Of a DNA stretch of 64,000 nucleotides, positions 10,303-19,972 are shown piece after piece. The notes beneath the pieces were generated by a model. It saw only the letters and a list, made by a program, of their open reading frames with translations, was not told the DNA's origin and did not search any database. Position numbers and translations under genes: made by a program. The number at the start of each line of letters is the position of its first letter. Within the stretch, counting starts at the first letter, position 1. Origin of the DNA: an uncultured Acidobacteriaceae bacterium (GTDB lineage: Bacteria; Acidobacteriota; Terriglobia; Terriglobales; Acidobacteriaceae); the NCBI GenBank assembly GCA_963725295.1, contig CAVRYB010000035.1, forward strand, positions 4,246 to 68,245, read 5' to 3'.

Positions 10303-11730
10303 AGATACAGCACTGGATAGGACTTGCCCTTGGCGCTTGCGTTGCGCTCTACCTTCTTTATACAAATCTGCAATTCTTCGGCGATCTCAATTTTCTGGGC
10401 GGAATCCTGCTGCTGGAAGTACTGATCGTCTGTATCTGGAAATACGAACAGCGTTTTTTTGTGTTCCTGTTAATCGCGTTTGTATGGGCGGGCATGCACG
10501 TTCCATTGCAGGGCACATGGACAGCGGGACGGTGGGCTGTTTTGGCGGGGGGCGCCGCGGCTGGCTATGCGGTTTGGCTGAAGAATCCGCGGAGGCAGTT
10601 CGGAACCATGCATTTGCTGGCATTCTTCTGCGTCAGCGCTGCATTTGTCTCCGCGACTGTCTCTCAGTACGTGCAGATGGCATCGTTGAAAGCCTGCAGT
10701 CTGTTTCTTCTTTTTCTGTATTGCTCGTCGGGAGGACGTCTTGCCGTCATCGACCGCGAGGAGCGCTTTTTTTCTGGGCTGGTCTGGGGAAGCGAGATCG
10801 CGGTTTACGTTACGGCATTTTGCTATCTCGTGCTGGGGCAGACGATATGGGGAAATCCTAACTCTCTCGGCGCCGCGATGAGCATCGGACTATTTCCCGT
10901 TCTGCTGTGGGGATGGATCACTAGTGAGGGACCTGGCGTACGGGCCCGCCGGTTGGGCGCTCTCCTGCTCTGTACCTATTTGGTTTTCTTCAGCATGGCG
11001 CGGGCCGGAATCGTCTCGGATCTCCGTGGTGACCTTGATCTTCTGCGTGTGCTTGCGCCAGTACAAGCTGCTGGTGAAGGCAGTGGCGATACTTGCGGTT
11101 CTGATCACGGTGACAGGAATCTACGATCCAGCGGCATTGACCACCCGGCTGGGGAATTTCGAAGAGGCGGTCATTTACAAAGGACACAAGGGCGAAGGAA
11201 TGCTGGGCTCGCGGAAATCACCCTGGGAGAAAACGATTCAAACGATCAAGGAGCATCCGTGGTTTGGAACAGGATACGGAACGAGTCCCACCGGCGAGGA
11301 TCCCGGAAATTCGTTTGGTACGATTTCTTCGAGTGCAGAGACGGTTCGCGAGCACGGTAGCAGCTACATGACAATTGCCGAATGGGTCGGCCTTTTGGGT
11401 GTGGCTCCGTTTGCCGCGATCCTGCTACTGACCTTCTCAAATGTGTGGAAAGTTTGTAAGTGGATGAACCGGACTTCCGATCCGCGGAACTACGCAATCC
11501 CGTTGGCGATGGTAGTGCTGTCAGGACTTCTCCACGCGAATTTCGAGGATTGGTTGTTTGCCGTTGGTGCTTACCCTAGCATCTATTTCTGGTTTTTTGC
11601 CTTCATCCTGGCGGATCTTGTTCCCGCAACTGCTGCAGCCGACGCTCCTAGTGCGGTTTCAGGATATCCGGCACCGTTGCCCGCCCAGTTCAGAACTGTT
11701 TCGCCCAAGCCCGCGTTGTCCAATCGATGA
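10299..11730 (+). pseudogene. Wzy / O-antigen-ligase-family polymerase, one frameshift near 11016-11022
   Basis: MKIQHWIGLAL...FFSMARAGIVS reads in one frame. It continues as ISVVTLIFCVCLRQYK...EHPWFGTGYGTS...HGSSYMTIAEWVGLLGV in the +1 frame (ORFs 10251..11360 and 10924..11730). Length 1432 nt = 3n+1. The start overlaps the upstream stop (ATGA). Confidence 0.75.
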
Positions 11731-12905
11731 TCCGACTGTTTATCAACGGCCTCGCGGCGAGCGCCGGTGGAGGCCTGACCTACCTTCGCAACGTAATACC
11801 ACATTTATCGCGGCGGCAGGATGCGGAAACCACGGTTGCATTGAGTCCTGCGCTGCATGCCGAGTTTGGGGCGCTGCCGCGGATTTCGTTGGTTGAGGCG
11901 GAGAGCTCCGGGGCCTTGGGACGTTTTGTCTGGGAGCAGATGCAGCTGCCAGAGATGATCCAACGGAGCAGTGCACAAGTATTGATTTCCGCGGGCAACT
12001 TCGCGCTTTGGAATTCCCCGGTGCCGCAAATACTGCTATCGCGCAACTCACTCTACACTTCGGCTGACTTTCTACGCGATGTGCGCAGTCGAAAAGATTA
12101 CGCGATTTGGATCGATACGCTCGTAAAGGGCTACCTGGCGCAGCGATCCATTGTCCGTGCGAACGTGACCGTCGCCCCGAGCGAAGCCTTCGCGGCGGAG
12201 TTGAGCCGTTGGAGTGGGAAAAACGTGGTTGCGCTTCATCATGGATTTGATTCAGACGCTTTCTCATCCGATTCCACGCCATTACCGCTCGCAGCGCGAG
12301 CTGAGTTAGAAGCAGCCGAGGGCGATTTCCGGTTGCTGTTTGTCAGTCACTACAACTACTACCGCAATTTCGAGACGCTATTTCGGGCGCTGCCGATTCT
12401 GAGCAAAAGCTTGGGCGGAAAGAAAGTGAAGTTGTTCCTCACCTGCCGTCTGAATTCAGGTGCGAATCCGGGATCGTATCGAGCGGAAGGCGCTTCGTCG
12501 CTGGTGGAAAACCTTCGGAGCAGCGAGAGTGTAGTGGAACTTGGAACGATTCCTTACCGATCACTGCATCATCTTTATCGCGCATGCCACGTCTACGTGA
12601 GCCCCGCCTATGCAGAGTCGTTCGCGCACCCGCTGGTCGAAGCGATGTCCAGCGGCCTGCCGGTAGTCGCATCGGACCTACCGGTGCATCGCGAGATTTG
12701 TGGGGATGCGGCAGTTTATTTTCCGCGGTTTGCACCCGAGGAGTTGGCAGAATGGTTACTGCAAGTGCATCAGTCTTCCGAATTGGCAGAGAAGCTTTCG
12801 CAAAGCGGCCTGCGCAGATCGGGAGATTTCCGCTGGGATACTCACGTGGCTCGAATGGTGGAGTTGGCCCATGAACTAGTGAGCTCTGCATCTGTACGAA
12901 TCTGA
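11727..12905 (+). CDS. Glycosyltransferase family 4
   Basis: 392-aa ORF. VSPAYAESFAHPLVEAMSSGLPVVASDLPVHREICGDAAVYF. ATGA overlap with wzy. Confidence 0.8.
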   Translation: MIRLFINGLAASAGGGLTYLRNVIPHLSRRQDAETTVALSPALHAEFGALPRISLVEAESSGALGRFVWEQMQLPEMIQRSSAQVLISAGNFALWNSPVPQILLSRNSLYTSADFLRDVRSRKDYAIWIDTLVKGYLAQRSIVRANVTVAPSEAFAAELSRWSGKNVVALHHGFDSDAFSSDSTPLPLAARAELEAAEGDFRLLFVSHYNYYRNFETLFRALPILSKSLGGKKVKLFLTCRLNSGANPGSYRAEGASSLVENLRSSESVVELGTIPYRSLHHLYRACHVYVSPAYAESFAHPLVEAMSSGLPVVASDLPVHREICGDAAVYFPRFAPEELAEWLLQVHQSSELAEKLSQSGLRRSGDFRWDTHVARMVELAHELVSSASVRI

Positions 12906-13053
12906 GCCCAAGTCCATGCAGGCCGCGCTTTCCCTGTACTATACTGTGATTTCACAAACCGACTTGCTCTTGATTCGGTAGCTCGAGAAGAAGTATCCGC
13001 TTCGAGTTTGCGCATGAAGACGGGCGAAGCAGCCGAGCCGAGGGTAACCGACG

Positions 13054-14283
13054 TTGAATCCGGATCCAGTTTACCGAGCCAATTCCGTTGCCAGCCGAAG
13101 AGATGCTGAGAACTCCGCAGTGCACATCCTGACGCTTACGCCATTCTTTCCTTCAACCGCGCACGAGGTTCAGGGCTGCTTTGTTGCCGAACCCCTTAGG
13201 GCACTCGATGGAATCGGAGTATATTCTTCGGTGATCGCAGTTACTCCGCTCTACTATCCGCGCATGGAGCCGATTCAGTCGAGCCCTGCATTATGGATGA
13301 GATATCCGCAGATTCCGGGGAACATTGGTCTGTCGAACGCGGGGCGGTGGCTTTATGCGCGACTACTTGCCAAAGTATCGCGGCTGCACAAGGAAAATCC
13401 GATTGACGTGATCCATGCTCATGCCGCGCTGCCCTGCGGCCAAGCGGCGGCGCTGATGTCACAACGTTTGAAAATTCCTTTTGTTGTGACGCTGCATGGA
13501 CTTGATGTGTTCAACACGTGCTTCAGCGGCGGAGCCCCCGCAAAATGGCGGCGCAAGGCTTCAATGAAGGTATATCGGGCCGCTCAGACGGTGATTTGCA
13601 TCAGCGACAAAGTGAACCGGCTATTGCTGGATGGAATGCAAGGTGGCTTTCACAGTGCGACTGTCTACAACGGGACAGACACGGAACTTTTCTCACCCAA
13701 TATCCGGGAAGCACATCCGCAAGAATCAACAGAGATTTTGATCGTCGGTAATTTGGCGGTTGGTAAAGGGCATGAACTCGTTTTCCGCGCGATGCATCGG
13801 CTGAGAGTACTGTTCCCAACTCTGCGTTGCCGAGTGATTGGCGACGGCGCGGACCGCGTGCGATTTGAAGAATTAGTCCGTGAACTTGGACTTATTGAAC
13901 GTGTGCGGTTTGAGGGCTCAAGAAGCCGGAACGACGTGGCGGAGGCCATGCGCGCGTGTTCGGTGTTTGTGCTGCCCAGTCGGAATGAAGGTCTGGGATG
14001 TGTCTACCTGGAAGCCATGGCGTGCGGCAAGCCCGTGATTGCCTGTCGCGGGCAGGGGATCGACGAGATCATTGAACACGGCAAGAACGGGTGGCTAATC
14101 TCGAGTTGGGCGGAACCTGACGATGTAATCAACGAACTCACGCAGGGGCTTTCCGACTTGCTTCAGTCAGCCGATTTACGATCGAAGATTGGTGCTCTGG
14201 CACGCGAGACAATTCTTGGCCAGTTCACCTTGTCTCATCAAGCGCAGGGCCTGGCGCGGATTTATCGACAGGCGATCACGTGA
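13054..14283 (+). CDS. Glycosyltransferase family 4
   Basis: 409-aa ORF. GNLAVGKGHEL ... LPSRNEGLGCVYLEAMACGKPVIACRGQGIDEIIEHGKNGWLI. TTG start, so the start is uncertain. Confidence 0.8.
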   Translation: MNPDPVYRANSVASRRDAENSAVHILTLTPFFPSTAHEVQGCFVAEPLRALDGIGVYSSVIAVTPLYYPRMEPIQSSPALWMRYPQIPGNIGLSNAGRWLYARLLAKVSRLHKENPIDVIHAHAALPCGQAAALMSQRLKIPFVVTLHGLDVFNTCFSGGAPAKWRRKASMKVYRAAQTVICISDKVNRLLLDGMQGGFHSATVYNGTDTELFSPNIREAHPQESTEILIVGNLAVGKGHELVFRAMHRLRVLFPTLRCRVIGDGADRVRFEELVRELGLIERVRFEGSRSRNDVAEAMRACSVFVLPSRNEGLGCVYLEAMACGKPVIACRGQGIDEIIEHGKNGWLISSWAEPDDVINELTQGLSDLLQSADLRSKIGALARETILGQFTLSHQAQGLARIYRQAIT

Positions 14284-14354
14284 CCGACTCTTGCGGTTTT
14301 CGGCAAAACCTTGCAATTCCAATATAATGACGATCACTGCCTGCGGAGGATGGG

Positions 14355-15011
14355 TTGCTTCACCAGCGTTATAAAGACATTGTATTTTGGGGTATCGGTA
14401 AGGCCACTCTTCCCAATTACTACCTCCACCGCTATGTCACCAGTGGTAATCCTCGGAGCGGTGCTCGCCATTTGCATCTCGGATGCGGCCCGAAATACTT
14501 ACCCGGCTTCATCAATGTAGATGCAAACCTTTTCAATAAGCTCGATCTTTGGCTCGATGTGCGTAACGGACTCCCATTTGCGACGAACAGCGTGGATTCG
14601 ATTTACTCCACGCACATGTTCGAACATTTTTACCCGGACGAGCTGCAGAGGTTGCTGCGCGATTGCCAGCGCGTGTTAAAGCCAGGGGGAGGCGTCCGCC
14701 TCATTGTGCCGAATCTTGCAAGCGCAATTTCGGCATACTCCCAGAGGCAGATTGATTGGTTCGAAGCTTCTTTCCCGCGGCATTTCGACTCCCTGGGCGG
14801 GCGTTTCTCAAATTTTGTGTTCTGCGATGGGCAACATCGAACCGCCTTTGATCACACACATATGGACGAGGTGCTTCGACAGGCGGGTTTCCGCGAAGTC
14901 GAAGAGTCCGCGGAAGGAAAGAGCCGCTTGTACGGGGAGAAAGTTCCTGCGTATGAGCCCGATGATTCGCGCGATCAGCCGCATTCACTCTACGTTGAAG
15001 CATTCAAGTAA
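14355..15011 (+). CDS. SAM-dependent methyltransferase (Methyltransf_11-like)
   Basis: HLGCGPKYLPGFINVD ... VDSIYSTHMFEHFYPDE...VLKPGGGVRLIVPN. Non-ATG start, uncertain. Confidence 0.7.
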   Translation: MLHQRYKDIVFWGIGKATLPNYYLHRYVTSGNPRSGARHLHLGCGPKYLPGFINVDANLFNKLDLWLDVRNGLPFATNSVDSIYSTHMFEHFYPDELQRLLRDCQRVLKPGGGVRLIVPNLASAISAYSQRQIDWFEASFPRHFDSLGGRFSNFVFCDGQHRTAFDHTHMDEVLRQAGFREVEESAEGKSRLYGEKVPAYEPDDSRDQPHSLYVEAFK

Positions 15012-15051
15012 CTGTTTTCTGTGAAGCAATCGGTGACGGTCCATATTCTCG

Positions 15052-16920
15052 ATGTGCGGCATCTTTGGCATAGTCACGCGTAAGGCTCCGATTCCTCCTG
15101 GAATCCTGGAGCAAGCCACGCGCTCGCTCGCGCACCGCGGACCCGATGATTCAGGCACGGTTTTGTTGAAAGAAACCGAACCGGAACCGCTTGAGATCGG
15201 CCTCGGCCACCGGCGATTGGCGATCCTCGACCTTTCTCCTCTTGGACGTCAGCCCATGCAAGATCCAGTCACCGGGAATTGGATCGTCTTCAATGGCGAA
15301 ATCTATAACTTTCGCGAGCTTCGCCGTGAGCTTGAAAGCGCGGGGGCCGAGTTCAAGACGCATTCCGATACCGAAGTGATTCTGGCCGCTTACCGAGTGT
15401 GGGGCGAGGCGTGCCTGTTGCGGCTGAGCGGGATGTTCGCGTTCGCTCTGTGGGACGCGAGTCGAAAACGCTTGCTGCTGGCGCGTGATCCCATGGGGAT
15501 CAAACCTCTGTACTACTACCACGATGGGCGGACATTCATGTTTGCCTCTGAAGTGCGGACGCTACTGAAGACGGGTTTAGTTCCGCGAAAAGTTGATCCG
15601 ACAGGAGTTTTTAGCTATCTGGCCTTTGGCTCGGTCTCTGAGCCGTGGACCATTGTCGAAGGAGTGAAGGCAGTTCCGGCGGGCCACGTGCTCACTTTGG
15701 AGAATGGCTCGGTGGCCTCCCGGGAATACTGGAACCCGTTGCGGGCGGGCGAAGCAGTTCAGGCAGATCAATTGTCGGTGATCCTCCGCGACGCAGTGAT
15801 GTCGCACCTGGTGAGCGATGTGCCTGTGGGCGTGTTCCTCTCGGGAGGAATCGATTCCAGCGCCCTGGTCGCGGTGCTCAGCCATAACGGAGTACAGGCA
15901 AATACTTTCTCGCTGGTTTTTGCGGAAGAAGAGTTCAATGAGGGCGAGTACTCGCGGGCGGTGGCGCGGCGGTTTGGCGCCGAGCATCACGAGATAGCCG
16001 TCTCGCAACGGGACACGCTAGCGGTCTTGCCGGACGCGCTTTGTGCGATGGATCAGCCCACCATTGACGGCCTCAACACATATCTGGTGTCGGCGAAGAC
16101 ACGGGCTGCGGGAGTGAAGGTTGCTCTGACTGGCCTGGGCGCGGATGAGATGTTTGCCGGATACTCGAATTTTCGTCGCGTGCCGAGAATGGAGGCGCTC
16201 GCAAATCGCTTTGGGCGCTTGCCCCGGCTGGCGCGGCGTCCACTTGCGTCGTCAGTAAAGTTGTTTGCCGGCAGGGGAGATCGCGCGAGGAAACTCGCCG
16301 ATCTGGCGGTTGGCCAGGATTCGGCGGTGCATCCCTACTTTCTCGCACGTATGCTGTATGGGTTGGAAGATCGCGAGGCGTTGTTGGGGACGGGTTTTTC
16401 AGAAGCCTCGGAACGCGAGCTTGGAGCAGTTTTGGGCGAGTCTGTCGCGCGGAGTTCGAGTTTGGACCCGGTCAATCGCGTCTCCTATCTCGAGTCTCAG
16501 TGCTACATGCGCAACACGCTGCTGCGGGATTCTGATTTCATGAGCATGGCCCACGGCTTGGAGTTGCGCGTGCCCTTCCTGGACCGTGCGCTGGTTGAGG
16601 CATGCTTTCGCATCCCTGGACCGGAGAAACTAAAAGGTGATTCTCCGAAGAGCTTGCTGCTTGCGAGCCTCGGCGTGGAGTTGCCGCGCGAAGTCGTGAA
16701 CCGTCCGAAACGCGGATTCACCCTGCCGTTCGAGCACTGGCTTCGCCATGAGATGCGGCCCGTCGTCGAAACTGCGCTGTTGGCGGACGATTGGGGCCGG
16801 AGCGGAATATCCCCCCTCGCAGTGCGAACCGTGTGGAAGCGGTTTCTCGCCGGGGAGACATCATGGTCGCGGCCGTGGTCGCTCTTCGTGTTGAAGCGAT
16901 GGTGCGAACAAAATCTTTGA
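15052..16920 (+). CDS. asnB: Asparagine synthase family amidotransferase, paralogue 2
   Basis: Starts MCGIFGIV. Motifs HRGPDDSG, FNGEIYNF, HSDTEV, and PP-loop SGGIDSS. Confidence 0.85.
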   Translation: MCGIFGIVTRKAPIPPGILEQATRSLAHRGPDDSGTVLLKETEPEPLEIGLGHRRLAILDLSPLGRQPMQDPVTGNWIVFNGEIYNFRELRRELESAGAEFKTHSDTEVILAAYRVWGEACLLRLSGMFAFALWDASRKRLLLARDPMGIKPLYYYHDGRTFMFASEVRTLLKTGLVPRKVDPTGVFSYLAFGSVSEPWTIVEGVKAVPAGHVLTLENGSVASREYWNPLRAGEAVQADQLSVILRDAVMSHLVSDVPVGVFLSGGIDSSALVAVLSHNGVQANTFSLVFAEEEFNEGEYSRAVARRFGAEHHEIAVSQRDTLAVLPDALCAMDQPTIDGLNTYLVSAKTRAAGVKVALTGLGADEMFAGYSNFRRVPRMEALANRFGRLPRLARRPLASSVKLFAGRGDRARKLADLAVGQDSAVHPYFLARMLYGLEDREALLGTGFSEASERELGAVLGESVARSSSLDPVNRVSYLESQCYMRNTLLRDSDFMSMAHGLELRVPFLDRALVEACFRIPGPEKLKGDSPKSLLLASLGVELPREVVNRPKRGFTLPFEHWLRHEMRPVVETALLADDWGRSGISPLAVRTVWKRFLAGETSWSRPWSLFVLKRWCEQNL

Positions 16921-17066
16921 GAGCTTGGCAGCCTGCGTCTGACGGGCGAAGTCGGGCTTCCCCTGATCTTTGTGGCTGAGCCTTTGCTGTCAATCCCTAT
17001 GCACGATCGGCGTTCAGAGTGCCGCTTGTTCAGCTAACATAGTAAGACCTTCTATTTGCCCGCAAA

Positions 17067-17972
17067 ATGAGTGTGACCGAGACAAAGCCAGAGGCTGAAG
17101 TGTCGCGCGCGCGCGTCACAGACTTGCTGCCGGTCAGCGTGATTGTTCCGGTGCGTAACGAGGCGCGCAACCTTCCGCGCTGTCTGGAGTCATTGTCGGA
17201 GTTCGGCGAAGTGTTCGTGATTGACTCGCAGAGCACGGACGAGACTACGGCGATCGCAGAGTCGCATGGCGCGAAGGTGGCGCAGTTTCATTACGCCGGC
17301 GGCTGGCCGAAGAAACGCCAGTGGGCCATGGACACCTTGGCATTCGCCCATGAGTGGATTTTGCTGCTCGATGCGGACGAGGTAGTGACCCCGGAATTGA
17401 AAGATGAAATCCGAAGCGCGTTGCGGCAGCCCGAGATCGCGGGATATTCGATCCGCTTGCAGATGTATTTTCTGGGGCGAGTTTTGCGGCATGGCGATGC
17501 GAGCTTCTGGAAGCTATCGCTCTTTCGCAAGGGACGGGGCCGGTTCGAGTGCCGATTGAAGGACCAGGACACATCGATGGCCGACATCGAGATTCACGAA
17601 CATGTGGTGGTCGACGGGCAGACCGCGTCATTGAGAAATTCCCTCGTTCACCACAATGTCGACTCGCTCTCGCGCTACATCGTGAAACACAATGAATACT
17701 CAAACTGGGAAGCACGGGTGTTGTTGCGGCCGGGGGATGCTCCCGAGGAAGTAAGCGCCGATCTCTTCGGGACGCAGGCACAGCGCCGAAGATGGCTCAA
17801 GCGCAATCTGTACCGCTTGCCCGGATCACCTGTGCTGTTGTTTTTGTACCGGTATTTGTTCCGTCTTGGATTTCTCGACGGCACTCCTGGATTGATCTAC
17901 TGCGCGTTTCAGGCCGTTCAGATGTTTCATTCCAAAGCGAAGATCTACGAGTTGCGGAACACGGGGAACTAG
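17067..17972 (+). CDS. Glycosyltransferase family 2
   Basis: VSVIVPVRNEARNLPRCLESL...VFVIDSQSTDET, followed by a DAD motif (LLLDADE). Confidence 0.8.
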   Translation: MSVTETKPEAEVSRARVTDLLPVSVIVPVRNEARNLPRCLESLSEFGEVFVIDSQSTDETTAIAESHGAKVAQFHYAGGWPKKRQWAMDTLAFAHEWILLLDADEVVTPELKDEIRSALRQPEIAGYSIRLQMYFLGRVLRHGDASFWKLSLFRKGRGRFECRLKDQDTSMADIEIHEHVVVDGQTASLRNSLVHHNVDSLSRYIVKHNEYSNWEARVLLRPGDAPEEVSADLFGTQAQRRRWLKRNLYRLPGSPVLLFLYRYLFRLGFLDGTPGLIYCAFQAVQMFHSKAKIYELRNTGN

Positions 17973-17974
17973 TT

Positions 17975-19972
17975 ATGTGTGGCATCAGCGGACTGGTGAA
18001 TTGCGGCGATAGCGAGACACTCGTCCGAATGACGAACGTGCAGACGCATCGCGGACCCGACGACTCTGGGGTCTGGGAGCGGCATTTCCCGGATGGCGCC
18101 TACATTGGGCTGGGAAGCCGCCGGTTGGCAATTCTCGATCTTTCCGCCGAAGGCCACATGCCGATGAGCAACGAAGACGGCACGGTGTGGATCACCTACA
18201 ACGGCGAGATTTACAACTTTGCCGATTTGCGCCGCGAACTGGAGAGCAAGGGCCATCGCTTTCGCTCACACACGGATACCGAAGCGATTGTTCATCTTTA
18301 CGAGGAATACGGTCCTGATCGTTTTAGTGATTGCCTGAATCGCCTGGATGGAATGTTCGCGCTGGCAATCTGTGACTTGCGCGGCGCCTCGCCAAAGTTA
18401 TTTCTGGCTCGCGATCATTTCGGCATCAAACCTTTCTATTACTACGAGCGCGGCGGAAAGCTCGCCTTCGCATCGGAAGTCAAAGCCCTGCTCGAAGTGC
18501 CGGGGATCGAAGCGCGCATGGATTTGGACGCGCTCGATAAATACCTGACATTTCTTTGGGTGCCGGACCCGATGACCATGTTCGAAGGGATTCGCAAGCT
18601 CCCAGCCGGGAACTATGCGGTTTGGCAGGGCGGCGAGTTCAAGGTCACCCAGTATTGGGATTTGACGTTTCCTCCGGCGGACTACTCGTTTACGAGGACG
18701 GAGGCGGATTTGGCGGACGAGATTAGGGAAAGATTCTGCGCCTCGGTCGAGCGGCAGATGGTTAGCGATGTCCCAATTGGAGCGTTTCTGAGCGCAGGGC
18801 TTGATTCATCGAGTATCGTCGCGGCGATGGCGCGAAAGCAGCCGGTACGGACTTATACGATCACGTTCCCGGGAAAATATCGGGTGGGTGAAAGCACAAT
18901 TGACGATCCGGGCGTTCCGAAGCGGCTCGCACAGAAGTTGGGTTGTGAGCACCATGAGATCGTGGTCGAGCCGGATGTGGTTGACTTGTTGCCGAATTTG
19001 ACCTGGCACATGGACGAGCCCACGGCGGATCCTGCGATCATCACGGCATATCTTGTCTGTCGCGCGGCGCGAGAGCAGGCGACCGTACTTCTGTCCGGCG
19101 TTGGCGGAGACGAAATATTTGCCGGGTATCGAAAGCATGTGGCGAGTGCGTGGGCACAAGACTATCGAGGTCTTCCGGAATTCGCCCGATCGGCGATCGA
19201 GCGAACATTGCTGGGCGTGCCATCCATGCGCGGGACTCGTCTGAAAGGATCGGTGCGACTGGCCAAGAAAATGGCGCGTAGCGCGGCGCTTGGCCCGAAA
19301 GAGGCGTTCATCAGGAACTGCACGTATCTGGATGCTCAGCAGAAGGCGGGTTTGTATGCTCTAGAATCGCAACAGGGCAATCCGGCTGAGCAACATTTGG
19401 CGGCCTTCGATCGAGTGCGAGGGGCGGATTTCCTGAACCAGATGCTTTATTTGGATACGAAAATCTTTATGCCGACGCTGAACCTGACGTACAACGACAA
19501 GATGAGCATGGCGTCATCGGTTGAAGTTCGGGTGCCTTTTTTGGATCGCGAGTTGGCGGAGTTTGTCGCATGGAACGTGAAGCCGGAGTTGAAGCTGAAA
19601 GGGAAATGGCGTCCGGTGACGAAGCACATCTTTCGGGAAGCGATGCGCGGCATGCTGCCCGAAGAAGTGATGCGGCAGCCGAAAGCCGGTTTCGCGGCGC
19701 CCGTAGATTACTGGCTGGCAAACGATTTGCGGCCGATGGTGGACGATCTTCTGTCAGACGAACAGGTCCGGAGGCGGGGATTGTTTCGTCCGGCTGTGGT
19801 GCGTCAGTATATTGACGAACATCGGAGCGGCCGGGAAGACTGGTCGATGCAGATCTGGCAACTGCTGACGCTGGAAATATGGATGCAGCTGTTCTTCGAT
19901 GGGGGCGCGAAAAAATTGGCCGAGCAGCAAATCAATCTGCCACAACGTTCTCGACAGTTGGCGACTGCATGA
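17975..19972 (+). CDS. asnB: Asparagine synthase family amidotransferase, paralogue 3
   Basis: Real start MCGISGLV at 17975, inside ORF 17792..19972. Motifs HRGPDDSG, YNGEIYNF, HTDTEA, and SAGLDSS. Confidence 0.85.
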   Translation: MCGISGLVNCGDSETLVRMTNVQTHRGPDDSGVWERHFPDGAYIGLGSRRLAILDLSAEGHMPMSNEDGTVWITYNGEIYNFADLRRELESKGHRFRSHTDTEAIVHLYEEYGPDRFSDCLNRLDGMFALAICDLRGASPKLFLARDHFGIKPFYYYERGGKLAFASEVKALLEVPGIEARMDLDALDKYLTFLWVPDPMTMFEGIRKLPAGNYAVWQGGEFKVTQYWDLTFPPADYSFTRTEADLADEIRERFCASVERQMVSDVPIGAFLSAGLDSSSIVAAMARKQPVRTYTITFPGKYRVGESTIDDPGVPKRLAQKLGCEHHEIVVEPDVVDLLPNLTWHMDEPTADPAIITAYLVCRAAREQATVLLSGVGGDEIFAGYRKHVASAWAQDYRGLPEFARSAIERTLLGVPSMRGTRLKGSVRLAKKMARSAALGPKEAFIRNCTYLDAQQKAGLYALESQQGNPAEQHLAAFDRVRGADFLNQMLYLDTKIFMPTLNLTYNDKMSMASSVEVRVPFLDRELAEFVAWNVKPELKLKGKWRPVTKHIFREAMRGMLPEEVMRQPKAGFAAPVDYWLANDLRPMVDDLLSDEQVRRRGLFRPAVVRQYIDEHRSGREDWSMQIWQLLTLEIWMQLFFDGGAKKLAEQQINLPQRSRQLATA

